From a virus, in the IMG/VR virus record IMGVR_UViG_3300014202_001519: a stretch of DNA of 64,000 nucleotides. One strand, written 5' to 3'. Positions 38,178 through 47,143 of the stretch are shown here, in pieces. Made by a program: the position numbers and the translations under genes. The notes under the pieces are model-generated. The model did not search any database and was not told the origin of the DNA. It saw only the letters and a program-made list of their open reading frames with translations. The first letter of the stretch is position 1; every line of letters starts with the position of its first letter.

Positions 38178-39013
38178 AAAATGGACCTACAATACTCGGT
38201 TAAAGATTTTTGAGGACGCCAATTGAGCATTTCGACAGTCTTATTTATATCAGCCAAGGTGTCGCGTGCTTCCCCTGGACGCGCAGGAATGTATTGAACT
38301 TCTGAATTATTGAACATTTTAGCAACCTCATTCAAAGAATAGTTAATGCCACTGCCCAAATTAAATACTTCACCTTTCCACTCCGCTTCCGACATGGCAA
38401 TTAAGCCACTGACTATATCATCAACATGAGTAAAATCCCGCCGCTGTTCCCCGTCACCAGTAATTGTTAAAGGCTGCTTGTTATGATACTGCCGCTCCCA
38501 AATACCAATGACAGTAGAATAATCACCTTCCCCAATCTGTCTCGGCCCATAAACGTTGAAAAACCTTGCAATCGCCGTAGGGACACCATAGATGTGACTA
38601 TACAGTTTGCAACATTCTTCCCCAGCGTGCTTGAAGAAAGCGTAAGGATTCAGATATATGCCACCGTAGAATGTACTGGACCCAGCGTAAACAATTTTGG
38701 ACCTGTGGCGTCTGGCAAATTCTAACATCACCATCGTACCAGTGGAATTTGCCAGATAAGTTTCAAAAGGTTGTTCGAAGCTAGGTTGTATCCTTGCCAG
38801 TGCCGCCAGGTGGAAAATTATATCTACCTTCTCAACTGGAACGTGCGGCAATTTTTCTACCTTCCCTTCCAAGAACGTTGCTTTAGGATTGAGATTCTCC
38901 ATCTTTCCAGTAGAAAGGTTGTCGAGTACATAAACAGTGTGGTCTTGATCTATAAGTCTGTCCACTAGATGACTACCAATAAATCCACCACCGCCAGTCA
39001 CAAGTATATTCAT
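38174..39013 (-). CDS. NAD-dependent epimerase/dehydratase
   Basis: TGGGGFIGSHL, HLAA, YAFFK (YxxxK), RFFNVYGP and RDFTHVDD. Confidence 0.93.
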   Translation of the reverse strand: MNILVTGGGGFIGSHLVDRLIDQDHTVYVLDNLSTGKMENLNPKATFLEGKVEKLPHVPVEKVDIIFHLAALARIQPSFEQPFETYLANSTGTMVMLEFARRHRSKIVYAGSSTFYGGIYLNPYAFFKHAGEECCKLYSHIYGVPTAIARFFNVYGPRQIGEGDYSTVIGIWERQYHNKQPLTITGDGEQRRDFTHVDDIVSGLIAMSEAEWKGEVFNLGSGINYSLNEVAKMFNNSEVQYIPARPGEARDTLADINKTVEMLNWRPQKSLTEYCRSIL

Positions 39014-39069
39014 AATTTGCCCATAAATATTATAATAACAACATGGAAAATATTGCACTATATTAATCC

Positions 39070-40002
39070 ATGAACATCCTAGTAGTTCCAACAATCAGAG
39101 AGAATTGCCTTAAAAACTTCTTACATGCTTGGAGATTTGAAGTTTTTGATAAGATAGTTGTTGTAGAGGATAATCCAACTATAACCTTTCATACAGACTC
39201 CGTATACCACTTTTCATGGCAAGAAATAGAAGAGGAATGGGGAGAGAACAGTTGGATATTTTCAAGACGAGATAGTGCTATTCGTTCATTTGGCTTCTGG
39301 AAAGCCTACCAACTAGGTGCCGAAGTCATTTACACCCTGGACGACGACTGCTATCCAATACCAGATGAAGCCTATCTTCATACCCACCTATTTAACCTGG
39401 AAGAAACCTGTAAATGGGGGGAATTGATCGTTGGTCTAAGAACCAGAGGACTTCCCTACTACAACATGGGCACACTACCAGTCGTCGCCAATGTAGGATT
39501 ATGGACAAATATTCCAGACCTGGATGCTATTAATCAGATTGCTAATCCAATTATAGACTTTCAACCAGATGTAAAAGAGAACAGGGTAATGCCACATGGC
39601 CAATACTTCCCATTTACTGGCATGAACTTCTGTTTCAAAAGGGAAGTTGCGGTAATGGCCTACTTCCCTTTAATGGGAGAAGGTCAACCTTATAGAAGGT
39701 TTGATGATATCTGGTTCGGCATTATATTCAAGAAGGTGTGTGACCACTTAGGTTATCATATTACGGTGGGGCATCCCTTTGTAGAGCATCGTAAAGCGAG
39801 TCACCCATTGGTCAATTTGGTCAAGGAAGCTCCTGGCATCCAAGCAAATGAGACTTTTTGGGAAGTGGTCGATAAGATCAAGCTGACCTGTAAAACCCCC
39901 AAGGATTGCATGTTTGAGATTGGTGAAGGGTTATACAATGAAAATGATGCTTATGTTAAGAAGTTGGGGCAGGCCGTGACGATTTGGGCTGAACGGTTTT
40001 AA
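39070..40002 (+). CDS. reversibly glycosylated polypeptide (RGP)/UDP-arabinopyranose mutase family
   Basis: SAIRSFG, TLDDDC, RGLPY, GLWTNIPDLDA, GMNFCF, YFPLMGEGQP.RRFDDIW, CDHLG and HRKAS.PLVNL. Confidence 0.85.
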   Translation: MNILVVPTIRENCLKNFLHAWRFEVFDKIVVVEDNPTITFHTDSVYHFSWQEIEEEWGENSWIFSRRDSAIRSFGFWKAYQLGAEVIYTLDDDCYPIPDEAYLHTHLFNLEETCKWGELIVGLRTRGLPYYNMGTLPVVANVGLWTNIPDLDAINQIANPIIDFQPDVKENRVMPHGQYFPFTGMNFCFKREVAVMAYFPLMGEGQPYRRFDDIWFGIIFKKVCDHLGYHITVGHPFVEHRKASHPLVNLVKEAPGIQANETFWEVVDKIKLTCKTPKDCMFEIGEGLYNENDAYVKKLGQAVTIWAERF

Positions 40003-40083
40003 GAATCTGCTTTAACTTCTGTATAATATCTTTGCTTGCGTCTGACAGCTTGTTGTTCTTCTTTCTGTTAAGCCAATAGTTTT

Positions 40084-40323
40084 TCATGGTCTAATTGAGC
40101 GTTGTTTTATCGCTTTTTCTGCGGCATCTTTGGTGTCAAAATACCCCGTATAGATTCCATTATTAATGTTAAAAGTGGTGACTCTCCACACGCCATCTGT
40201 ATGTAAAAACAGGTCCGTGCCAGAGTCACCACTTTTCATTACATACCATTTGCCATAGTGTTCGGCATATGGGTTCTGTTGTTGATATATCCTCGGCTTT
40301 CTAAGTAACCAAAAGTTCCTCAT
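40084..40323 (-). CDS. hypothetical protein
   Basis: 79-aa ORF. Confidence 0.45.
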   Translation of the reverse strand: MRNFWLLRKPRIYQQQNPYAEHYGKWYVMKSGDSGTDLFLHTDGVWRVTTFNINNGIYTGYFDTKDAAEKAIKQRSIRP

Positions 40324-40383
40324 ATCCCTGCCTTGTCAATAAGAGACTTTACCTCTTGTAAAATCTGCTTATATCTATCAGGA

Positions 40384-40815
40384 TTAACTTGAATAAATCC
40401 CTCGCACTTTATTCAAAATATCCTGAAAGACAGGGTTATTAAACTCGGTCTTATCCTTCTTTGGGGCGTGGACCTTTCTATGGCAGTTGGCGCATAAAAC
40501 AGCACATTTTAGCATTTCATCAATTATTTCAGAAATATTCATGTTACGGTTGCACATCGCTGCAACCGTAAGTCTTTTCTCATTAAGGTGGTGAAACTCC
40601 AGACAATCAGGATCACGCTCAGGACATTTAGCACATCCAAACATCGACTTCAATTCATCTACAAGCTTTTTAATGTCCTTTTTTCTTTTCTGTCTATTAC
40701 GGACATACTGCGGGTCTTTGTCCGCTCTCATGCGGTAATAAGCCCTAGCGCGAGAGTTAACTTTATCTCTATTCAATTTATTATAACTTTGTTGATATTC
40801 TTTATTATAATTCAT
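40384..40815 (-). CDS. HNH endonuclease
   Basis: CAKC...LEFHH...KCAVLCANCHRKVH. Confidence 0.8.
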   Translation of the reverse strand: MNYNKEYQQSYNKLNRDKVNSRARAYYRMRADKDPQYVRNRQKRKKDIKKLVDELKSMFGCAKCPERDPDCLEFHHLNEKRLTVAAMCNRNMNISEIIDEMLKCAVLCANCHRKVHAPKKDKTEFNNPVFQDILNKVRGIYSS

Positions 40816-41725
40816 ACCTTCTCATGACCTCTTTTATTTCAGCAAGAGCATTTTTATGTTTATCTGGTATCTCAACACAGCCCTTGAGCGATCCGTAATG
40901 ATAGTCAAGGCATTCCAGCAACAGCTTCTTAATCTCTTCCTTGCGAGGCTTTGCTGGAAGTTCACATTTACTGTAAAGAGCTTCTAGTTGCCTTTCCTTA
41001 TCCGAGGCCCACTTACGAATTTCAGCTTCGGGCATTTCGCCACGGCGAATAGCCTTTAGCTGCTCATTATTAAGCCGCAAATCCATTGAACCAGTGGTCA
41101 GGATTTGTTCGCATTCATTGAGAAGGCGAACAAGATGGTATCCGAATTTAACATCGAACCCAAACTCCTCCCGAATCTTTTTACGCTTACCAGTGGGCTT
41201 CTTGCTAGTCATCTTATGAAGCTGACTGTAAGCGTAATTTTTGAAGTTGGCATAGCAACCCTTGTGTAAGAAAACTTCCCTATTTTCTCTTACAAGATTA
41301 CCAACATAGGTCGAATGCAATACACACTCCTGCGGAGTGTAAATGCTGTCAATAATGTTGGGGTTATTGTCAATCAAAAGGTCGAAGTATCTCACGATAT
41401 TAAAGATCGTGAAGTCATACTCGCGGCCCTTGCCACCTAGCGCACTCTCATCGACAACGCCGTGCTGCTGCCACTGTGCGAAAATCTCTGGTTCGTCACC
41501 AAAACCAACCTTGAACTCATGCTTCACAGGCACAAAGATTACGCCGCCTAAATGGGGAAACACTGTTTCCTTCTTAGGGATGGCAAAACCGTAAATGTCC
41601 ATGTCACTTGTATCACTGGACACGCCGTAAGCCACACTACCCATAATAGTTAGGTAATGAGTGTTGGTTGGCAACCAGTCTGGCGGTTTAATGAGTTGTT
41701 TGTCTACTAAGTCTTGAAGGATCAT
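40805..41725 (-). CDS. DNA polymerase beta-superfamily nucleotidyltransferase
   Basis: GSVAYG.S..TSDMDIYG, NPNIID, YAYSQ and KFGYHLVRLL. Confidence 0.82.
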   Translation of the reverse strand: MILQDLVDKQLIKPPDWLPTNTHYLTIMGSVAYGVSSDTSDMDIYGFAIPKKETVFPHLGGVIFVPVKHEFKVGFGDEPEIFAQWQQHGVVDESALGGKGREYDFTIFNIVRYFDLLIDNNPNIIDSIYTPQECVLHSTYVGNLVRENREVFLHKGCYANFKNYAYSQLHKMTSKKPTGKRKKIREEFGFDVKFGYHLVRLLNECEQILTTGSMDLRLNNEQLKAIRRGEMPEAEIRKWASDKERQLEALYSKCELPAKPRKEEIKKLLLECLDYHYGSLKGCVEIPDKHKNALAEIKEVMRRYEL

Positions 41726-41737
41726 ATATCCTCCTTT

Positions 41738-42565
41738 CTACATGCATTCTTGCCTGAATTTGGCCCCTGTCATGATGGGCCGATAGAACATAGACGCAGT
41801 TTCATGGACACGCTTCAATAAATTCATGTTCGTGGCCAATTGTTTCCTGTCTAAATCAAAATAGATGTTATCTTCCAGCCCAATCCTGACGCCACCACCC
41901 ATTGCGATTGCAGCGGTTGTAACTGGTAACTGAGCGTCACCAATGCCACCAAAGGCCCATGTACTACGTTCTGGAAGCTGTTTAATGGCAATGCCCATCT
42001 CAGCTAGATCGGCTTGCATTCCAAAGACATTACCAAAGATCAGATTGAAGTAATAGGGGAATTTAACCAATCCCTTATTCATCAGATATTTGGCTCCATT
42101 AATCATGCCCAAATCGAAAACCTCAAGCTCTGGCATGACCTTATATTCTTGCATTTTCTTTGCCAGCTTGAGTATCATTTCAGGGGCATTCATACTGGCT
42201 TCTCTGGCAAAGTTTAGGCTACTAAGCGTCAAGGAAGCCATATCTGGCTTCAATTCTATGGGTTCAGAGCGTTTCTCAAATTCAGGAGACTTGCGACCGC
42301 TTAATGACAAGCAGATAATCAAATCTGGACAATACCGCCTTACCCCATCGTATATTTTGAAATATACGTTCTTGTCGGATGTAGGCGCACCTTCATCGTC
42401 ACGGGCATGTAAATGCGCAATGGTGATTCCATATTCATATGCCTGATGCACTTCCTCGATAATCTCGGTAGGCGAAATCGGCACATGCGGAGTCATTACC
42501 TTGGTCGGCACCATCCCCGTTGGTGTAAAATTGACGATTAACTCTTTCAAGACACCAGCCCTCAA
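41738..42565 (-). CDS. beta-keto acid cleavage enzyme (BKACE/Kce, DUF849)
   Basis: PTG, VPISPTEI, AHLHARD, PDMASL, ELEVFDLG and GGGVRIGLEDN. Confidence 0.9.
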   Translation of the reverse strand: MRAGVLKELIVNFTPTGMVPTKVMTPHVPISPTEIIEEVHQAYEYGITIAHLHARDDEGAPTSDKNVYFKIYDGVRRYCPDLIICLSLSGRKSPEFEKRSEPIELKPDMASLTLSSLNFAREASMNAPEMILKLAKKMQEYKVMPELEVFDLGMINGAKYLMNKGLVKFPYYFNLIFGNVFGMQADLAEMGIAIKQLPERSTWAFGGIGDAQLPVTTAAIAMGGGVRIGLEDNIYFDLDRKQLATNMNLLKRVHETASMFYRPIMTGAKFRQECM

Positions 42566-42573
42566 ACAAAGGT

Positions 42574-42774
42574 TCAGATAATTTCCAAATTATACTGTTC
42601 TACTGAGACAACCTTGGTATGGGCCGAATGACTTGTGCTAAACTCAAACTGAACATCTATCCAGTCACCGTCTAGCCTAACAACGTATCCAACCTTACCA
42701 CTTAAATTGCCATCTGCGCCCTTATAGCGAACACGCTTCCCTATACGGAATCTGTTAATCCAAAAATTCTTCAT
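42574..42774 (-). CDS. small SH3/KOW-like hypothetical protein
   Basis: IGKRVRY...GKVGYVV. Confidence 0.4.
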   Translation of the reverse strand: MKNFWINRFRIGKRVRYKGADGNLSGKVGYVVRLDGDWIDVQFEFSTSHSAHTKVVSVEQYNLEII

Positions 42775-42806
42775 AAATATAGCCTTTCTATAGACTTACA
42801 ACTTAT

Positions 42807-43352
42807 TTATAGTATTTGGCTAATATTTAATATCGACTTAAATGGAACTCCCATATCTTCAAAGAGTTTATAAGCCCCTTGATTACGGTCCACTACTGAT
42901 ATTACTTGTGTAACTTTTGCGACCTTTTGAACTTCATTGATGGCTTTAAGAAGTGAGCCACCCGTGGTCGTTACGTCTTCTACAAGAACTACGGTGTCTT
43001 TTTCAACCAAAAGACCTTCGACAAGTTCTTGTTGACCATAATCTTTAGTTTCTTTTCGTACAAAGAAACCTTTCATTGGCCATTTGTGTTCGTGCATCAT
43101 GGTAAGGATGCTGGCCACAATTGGGATAGCGCCGTAGGCAGGCCCACCTACGGCTGTTACTTTTTTCCAGCTATCAACTTCTTCAATAATCGAAGAAGCG
43201 ATTAGTGACAGACCAACGGAGTCTAGGACAACTTTACTCAGGTCAATGTAATAATCACTTGTTTGGCCGCTTGCTAGCCTGAACGTTCCCCTGCTCAGTG
43301 CCTTTTCCTGTATTAGACTGATTAATTGGTTGCGTTTTGACATTATTTTCAT
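42807..43352 (-). CDS. pyrE: orotate phosphoribosyltransferase
   Basis: FRLASGQTSDYYID, VRKETKDYG and VLVEDVTTTGGS. Confidence 0.95.
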   Translation of the reverse strand: MKIMSKRNQLISLIQEKALSRGTFRLASGQTSDYYIDLSKVVLDSVGLSLIASSIIEEVDSWKKVTAVGGPAYGAIPIVASILTMMHEHKWPMKGFFVRKETKDYGQQELVEGLLVEKDTVVLVEDVTTTGGSLLKAINEVQKVAKVTQVISVVDRNQGAYKLFEDMGVPFKSILNISQIL

Positions 43353-43449
43353 CCAGTGTATCCAAACGATACTTTATTCTAATCAATTTTCCATAAAGTT
43401 CAACCAATTTATCATTAATGCCATTTATTTCTTGAGCATGTGGTTCCAT
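43255..43449 (-). CDS. hypothetical protein
   Basis: TAATG coupling to the upstream gene. Confidence 0.4.
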   Translation of the reverse strand: MEPHAQEINGINDKLVELYGKLIRIKYRLDTLDENNVKTQPINQSNTGKGTEQGNVQASKRPNK

Positions 43450-43976
43450 TATTCTTCTCCTTTAAGTCCACCTGGCAAACTCATTGCTGGTGTCCCAACT
43501 TTAGAAGCGAACCCAGCAGTCCAATACTTTCCAGCAACGCCAAAGCCAACATCTTTAAAACGTGAGTTTTCGATGTTGGCTCTATGACCAGAAGAATTTA
43601 ACCATCCTTGGAAAACCGCCTGTGGCGTTGCGTATCCTGACGCGATATTTTCACCATATGTACTCCATCTATACCCTTCTGCTGTAATACGATCCCCTGG
43701 ACCCTTAGAACCTTCAAAATGATTTAAAGTCTTATTCTGTAGCATCCAATTACTATGCTTTTGAGAAGCATTATTCAACTGTGTATTAAGCGTCAATATG
43801 CCCAAACCGCGACTCTGACGGTGTGTGTTATGCAGTTGAAGTAACTGTGTAACAAAATCCGATGAAGGTGGTGTAGGAGTGGGCGTAGGAGGAGTAGGTG
43901 TGGGGGGTTGAGGCTTAGGGGCAATCGCCTTAATTATAGCCTCGATAATTAACTTAATAATATCATTTAAGCTCAT
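43449..43976 (-). CDS. CAP/SCP domain protein
   Basis: LHNTHR, HSNWM, GENIA, WLNSSGHRANI and VGFG; Pro/Thr linker. Confidence 0.92.
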   Translation of the reverse strand: MSLNDIIKLIIEAIIKAIAPKPQPPTPTPPTPTPTPPSSDFVTQLLQLHNTHRQSRGLGILTLNTQLNNASQKHSNWMLQNKTLNHFEGSKGPGDRITAEGYRWSTYGENIASGYATPQAVFQGWLNSSGHRANIENSRFKDVGFGVAGKYWTAGFASKVGTPAMSLPGGLKGEE

Positions 43977-43987
43977 GCTATATCTAT

Positions 43988-44027
43988 AAAAAAACCCCTC
44001 TTTCTGAATAAGAAAGAGGGGTTTTTT
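43988..44027 (-). terminator. rho-independent terminator
   Basis: aaaaaacccctctttct-gaata-agaaagaggggtttttt. Confidence 0.85.
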
Positions 44028-44036
44028 CTATTACTT

Positions 44037-44663
44037 CTAGGCATCGTCGCCCATGTCGTGCGCTAGTTCCGTCTCCCAATAGGCGACACCAAGAATTGAC
44101 TCCCAACTCTTGCAACGGTAATCGCCCTTATAGAACGTGAAGTGAGGCTTCTTTGGCTTCCTCATAAGCTTCATTCCACACTCTTCAGGAGTACGGTCTG
44201 CCTTCTTCTTATTGCAACGGGTGCAAGCAAGAACGCAGTTCTCCCAAGTCGTTGCACCACCACGCGAACGCGGCTGAACGTGGTCAATGCTCAATTCAGC
44301 CGTCCCAGGCTTAATACCGCAGTATTGACACTGGTTGGCGTCACGACGGTAGATCGTGCGTCGGCTGAAATGGACTCGCTGTTGCGGCAGCTTGTTATAG
44401 CGACTCAACAGAACGATTTCAGGAATACGGAAGTCGCGCCTGCCACTACGAAGTGCGCCTTCACCAGCTGCTGGAATAAGCTCTGCCCATTCCGCCCAAG
44501 TGTACGCCTTAAACTCCGTAGTCGGGTCCATAATCCTTGCTTTTGGCTCACCGTTCGCATACTCCGAACAGATGAGACACATTGCACGCTCAAGCGTGAC
44601 GACAGCAATCGGATTCCAGCCCCGATTAAGAACAAGCACCTTACGTTGAGTTAAAACACTCAT
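44037..44663 (-). CDS. HNH endonuclease (McrA-like)
   Basis: VLVLN, RRTIYRRD..QCQYCG, SIDHVQPRSRGG.TTWENCVLAC and CN.KKA.RTP. Confidence 0.92.
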   Translation of the reverse strand: MSVLTQRKVLVLNRGWNPIAVVTLERAMCLICSEYANGEPKARIMDPTTEFKAYTWAEWAELIPAAGEGALRSGRRDFRIPEIVLLSRYNKLPQQRVHFSRRTIYRRDANQCQYCGIKPGTAELSIDHVQPRSRGGATTWENCVLACTRCNKKKADRTPEECGMKLMRKPKKPHFTFYKGDYRCKSWESILGVAYWETELAHDMGDDA

Positions 44664-44696
44664 AAAACCTCCGTTTCCTTATATATGATTTCTACT

Positions 44697-45206
44697 TCAG
44701 GTTGGTCCACCAGCAATCGCTTTTTCAATATCTTCTGGTGGTCCGTTCGTCCAGTCGCGGTCCAGCAACGATGCCAGATTCCACAACACCCCTTCCACTT
44801 CTTGTGGTTCTAAGTCATAGTCTTCTGCCTCCTCTTTAACCGTCCACCCTTCTTCAAGTAATCCCATCAATATCAATGAAATTGGTATTCGATGGCCTTG
44901 AACACAATTCTGTCCACCCCGCGTTTCAGGGTCCGACATTATATATTGGCTATTAATCTTTAGTTCGCATAGCTGACTGACTAAATCAGTCCATGCCAAC
45001 TTGATTTCATCATAGCTAATATCAAAATTTTCCGCAATCTCACTTAGTTTGTCCCCGTCAGCAAGCTCAGCCAAAAGTTGCGCCATACTGAACCTATGTC
45101 CACGAATGCACGGTTTTCCACCCAGGCGAAGTCTTTCTGACCAAATTCCAGTTGTATCCATGACGCAACTCCGCACAAAAGGTTCAGGTTCGATGATAAG
45201 AACCAT
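44697..45206 (-). CDS. tandem DUF433-domain protein
   Basis: GGKPCIRGHRF and GGQNCVQGHRIP repeats. Confidence 0.8.
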   Translation of the reverse strand: MVLIIEPEPFVRSCVMDTTGIWSERLRLGGKPCIRGHRFSMAQLLAELADGDKLSEIAENFDISYDEIKLAWTDLVSQLCELKINSQYIMSDPETRGGQNCVQGHRIPISLILMGLLEEGWTVKEEAEDYDLEPQEVEGVLWNLASLLDRDWTNGPPEDIEKAIAGGPT

Positions 45207-45471
45207 AATTCAACATCAAACCAGCCGCTAATGCCATCGGACGCCAAAAATCCGCTGTCCCAACACCTGACTGATTACCGACTTCCAACAAACCCTCAAA
45301 AGCCAACCCCAACTCATTGTGGTCAAGATATTCCTCGATTAGCAGGCAGAATCCCTGATGGTCTGCGGCTGTGCCGCCAATGCGGTTTAATTCAGCCAAA
45401 GCTAAACGCAAATTGTCTTCCGTTGGCTTCCAGTGTTTCATCAAGACCTCTGGTACAATTGCAATTACCAC
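45184..45471 (-). CDS. hypothetical protein (MafI-like immunity motif)
   Basis: IEEYLDHNELGLAFEGL. Confidence 0.4.
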   Translation of the reverse strand: MVIAIVPEVLMKHWKPTEDNLRLALAELNRIGGTAADHQGFCLLIEEYLDHNELGLAFEGLLEVGNQSGVGTADFWRPMALAAGLMLNYGSYHRT

Positions 45472-45950
45472 TCGCGGACTAGACTTAATCTACTATCGTT
45501 ATGCCAAAAGTAAATAAGAATTTGCGGAAACACCAAATCATACTCTGGAATAGCGATGTGTTCTTCGTTCACCCACTTCTTCTGACTTGTGGGTAAATGC
45601 CACAACTCCATCGGATCAGGCGACACCTTATCTGGTGCATCACTATTACCGTGAAGCAAGAAAGTATACGTCTTGCCTTCATCCAAATAGCGGTGCCACA
45701 CTGACTCTCCTATATGTTCTATATGAACATTAAGTTCCCTAGTAATTGGATTATATCCAGTTACACGGAAGGTAATCCACTTCTCATTACCCTGTTGCTT
45801 GCCGAGATACTCTTCAATCTTTGAAGTCATATTCGTTGCACCATTCTTCGAGTTTCTTGTAATCCCCAATCGTCGGCCCAGCATCAACTCCCGCTTTGTG
45901 GTAATTGAGATAGGTGTACTCTTCGTCTTTACTATTAACTGCCGTCTCAT
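45465..45950 (-). CDS. hypothetical protein
   Basis: probable start MTSKIEEY. Confidence 0.45.
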   Translation of the reverse strand: MRRQLIVKTKSTPISITTKRELMLGRRLGITRNSKNGATNMTSKIEEYLGKQQGNEKWITFRVTGYNPITRELNVHIEHIGESVWHRYLDEGKTYTFLLHGNSDAPDKVSPDPMELWHLPTSQKKWVNEEHIAIPEYDLVFPQILIYFWHNDSRLSLVREW

Positions 45951-46071
45951 GAAACAAACTACACTGCTTCGGCCAATTATCAGGAATCCCCTTCGCTGTG
46001 TGGAGAAAGGGTTTCAATATTTCCTTGAGCCTCTGGAGTTCTGTGCTGTTCAACATTAATGCTATGTTCAT
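45814..46071 (-). CDS. hypothetical protein
   Basis: 85-aa ORF. Confidence 0.4.
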   Translation of the reverse strand: MNIALMLNSTELQRLKEILKPFLHTAKGIPDNWPKQCSLFHETAVNSKDEEYTYLNYHKAGVDAGPTIGDYKKLEEWCNEYDFKD

Positions 46072-46252
46072 GTTCCCCGTTCCCTAGTTTTATGTTGTAC
46101 TTCTTAGCACACTCGGAAGCGTGTGGAAGACAGAGTTGCTTAGAGTCCCTGAATCCCCTGTTATAAATATATACGGCTGGTCTATGGCATTTACTCATAA
46201 AACAGCTATGAGTCCTGCCAGGAACTTCTCTTAATGGGTCTAATTTATGCAT
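45980..46252 (-). CDS. hypothetical Cys/His-rich protein
   Basis: C...C...C..H motif. Confidence 0.4.
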   Translation of the reverse strand: MHKLDPLREVPGRTHSCFMSKCHRPAVYIYNRGFRDSKQLCLPHASECAKKYNIKLGNGEHEHSINVEQHRTPEAQGNIETLSPHSEGDS

Positions 46253-47010
46253 CTTTTCTCCGCTGTCTCACAGTGTTCTTTAGATATATCACAGCATATG
46301 TATTTTCGATTATGCTTCTTCGCCGCCACCGCAGTAGTCCCACTACCGCAAAACGGATCAACTATTATATCACCTTCATCCGTAGAAATCAAAACCAACC
46401 ATTCAGTAAACGTAAGTCCTTTGATGGTAGGGTGATAGATGTTGTTGACTTTCTGGAAAACTGAATTTTCACTCGACCACGGGTATTCTTCCCCAAACCA
46501 ACAAGACGGCAACCTTGTCTTATACTCTGGAACAGGTTTGCGACCCTTATTAGGGATTACACCTGCCTTTTTGTTCTTAATTAACTTAGTCTGCCTAAAC
46601 CTAAATCTACCTTTATGAGCAAACATTATCCAGTCACTATTAGTCTGGAACGTTCCATATAAGTCGGTCTTGCCAGAAGCTCGTTTCTGGCAAATAATTG
46701 GCTCTTTCATAGCGAACCCAACACTTTCAATTTCCTTGTAATGGAGCGGATATTCGCTCCAGCCAGTGAAAGCGAAAAGTGCGGAGTCAGGACGCAGTAT
46801 ACGGTAGGCTTCCTTAGCCCAATCCGTATAATCAAAATGCACGGCATCGTTTTCGATCTTGCCGTGCATTTTATGAGTGAAATTGTTTTGGTAGTTTATA
46901 CCAAATGGTGGATCAGTTATTATTGCTGCTATTGATCCATCAGGTATTTTAGAAAGCAATTCTTTATAATCACAACACACAAGTTCCGATGTAATATTGT
47001 TCATATACAA
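46240..47010 (-). CDS. orphan N6-adenine/N4-cytosine DNA methyltransferase (beta class)
   Basis: ITDPPFG, HPTIK and VDPFCGSGTT. Confidence 0.92.
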   Translation of the reverse strand: MYMNNITSELVCCDYKELLSKIPDGSIAAIITDPPFGINYQNNFTHKMHGKIENDAVHFDYTDWAKEAYRILRPDSALFAFTGWSEYPLHYKEIESVGFAMKEPIICQKRASGKTDLYGTFQTNSDWIMFAHKGRFRFRQTKLIKNKKAGVIPNKGRKPVPEYKTRLPSCWFGEEYPWSSENSVFQKVNNIYHPTIKGLTFTEWLVLISTDEGDIIVDPFCGSGTTAVAAKKHNRKYICCDISKEHCETAEKRCIN

Positions 47011-47143
47011 GCACAGTCATTCCAATACTAGGAACATAAAACTCACCCTCGCCTTTACATATAGGGTGAAACCATCCTTCATCAGTCAAAATCCTACCCA
47101 TTTTATGGGGATCACGATTGTCTAATACTTGTTTTAATTTCAT
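46970..47143 (-). CDS. 57-aa mini-protein resembling the gp5/gpV OB-fold N-terminus (not in ORF track)
   Basis: Manual translation MKLKQVLDNRDPHKMGRILTDEGWFHPICKGEGEFYVPSIGMTVLVYEQYYIGTCVL; ATGA-coupled to the upstream gene. Confidence 0.55.
   Translation of the reverse strand: MKLKQVLDNRDPHKMGRILTDEGWFHPICKGEGEFYVPSIGMTVLVYEQYYIGTCVL

Noticed and set aside
40384-44663. HNH genes as intron- or intein-associated mobile elements
   Set aside because: Both are free-standing, the flanking genes are uninterrupted, and no splice or intein motifs are seen.
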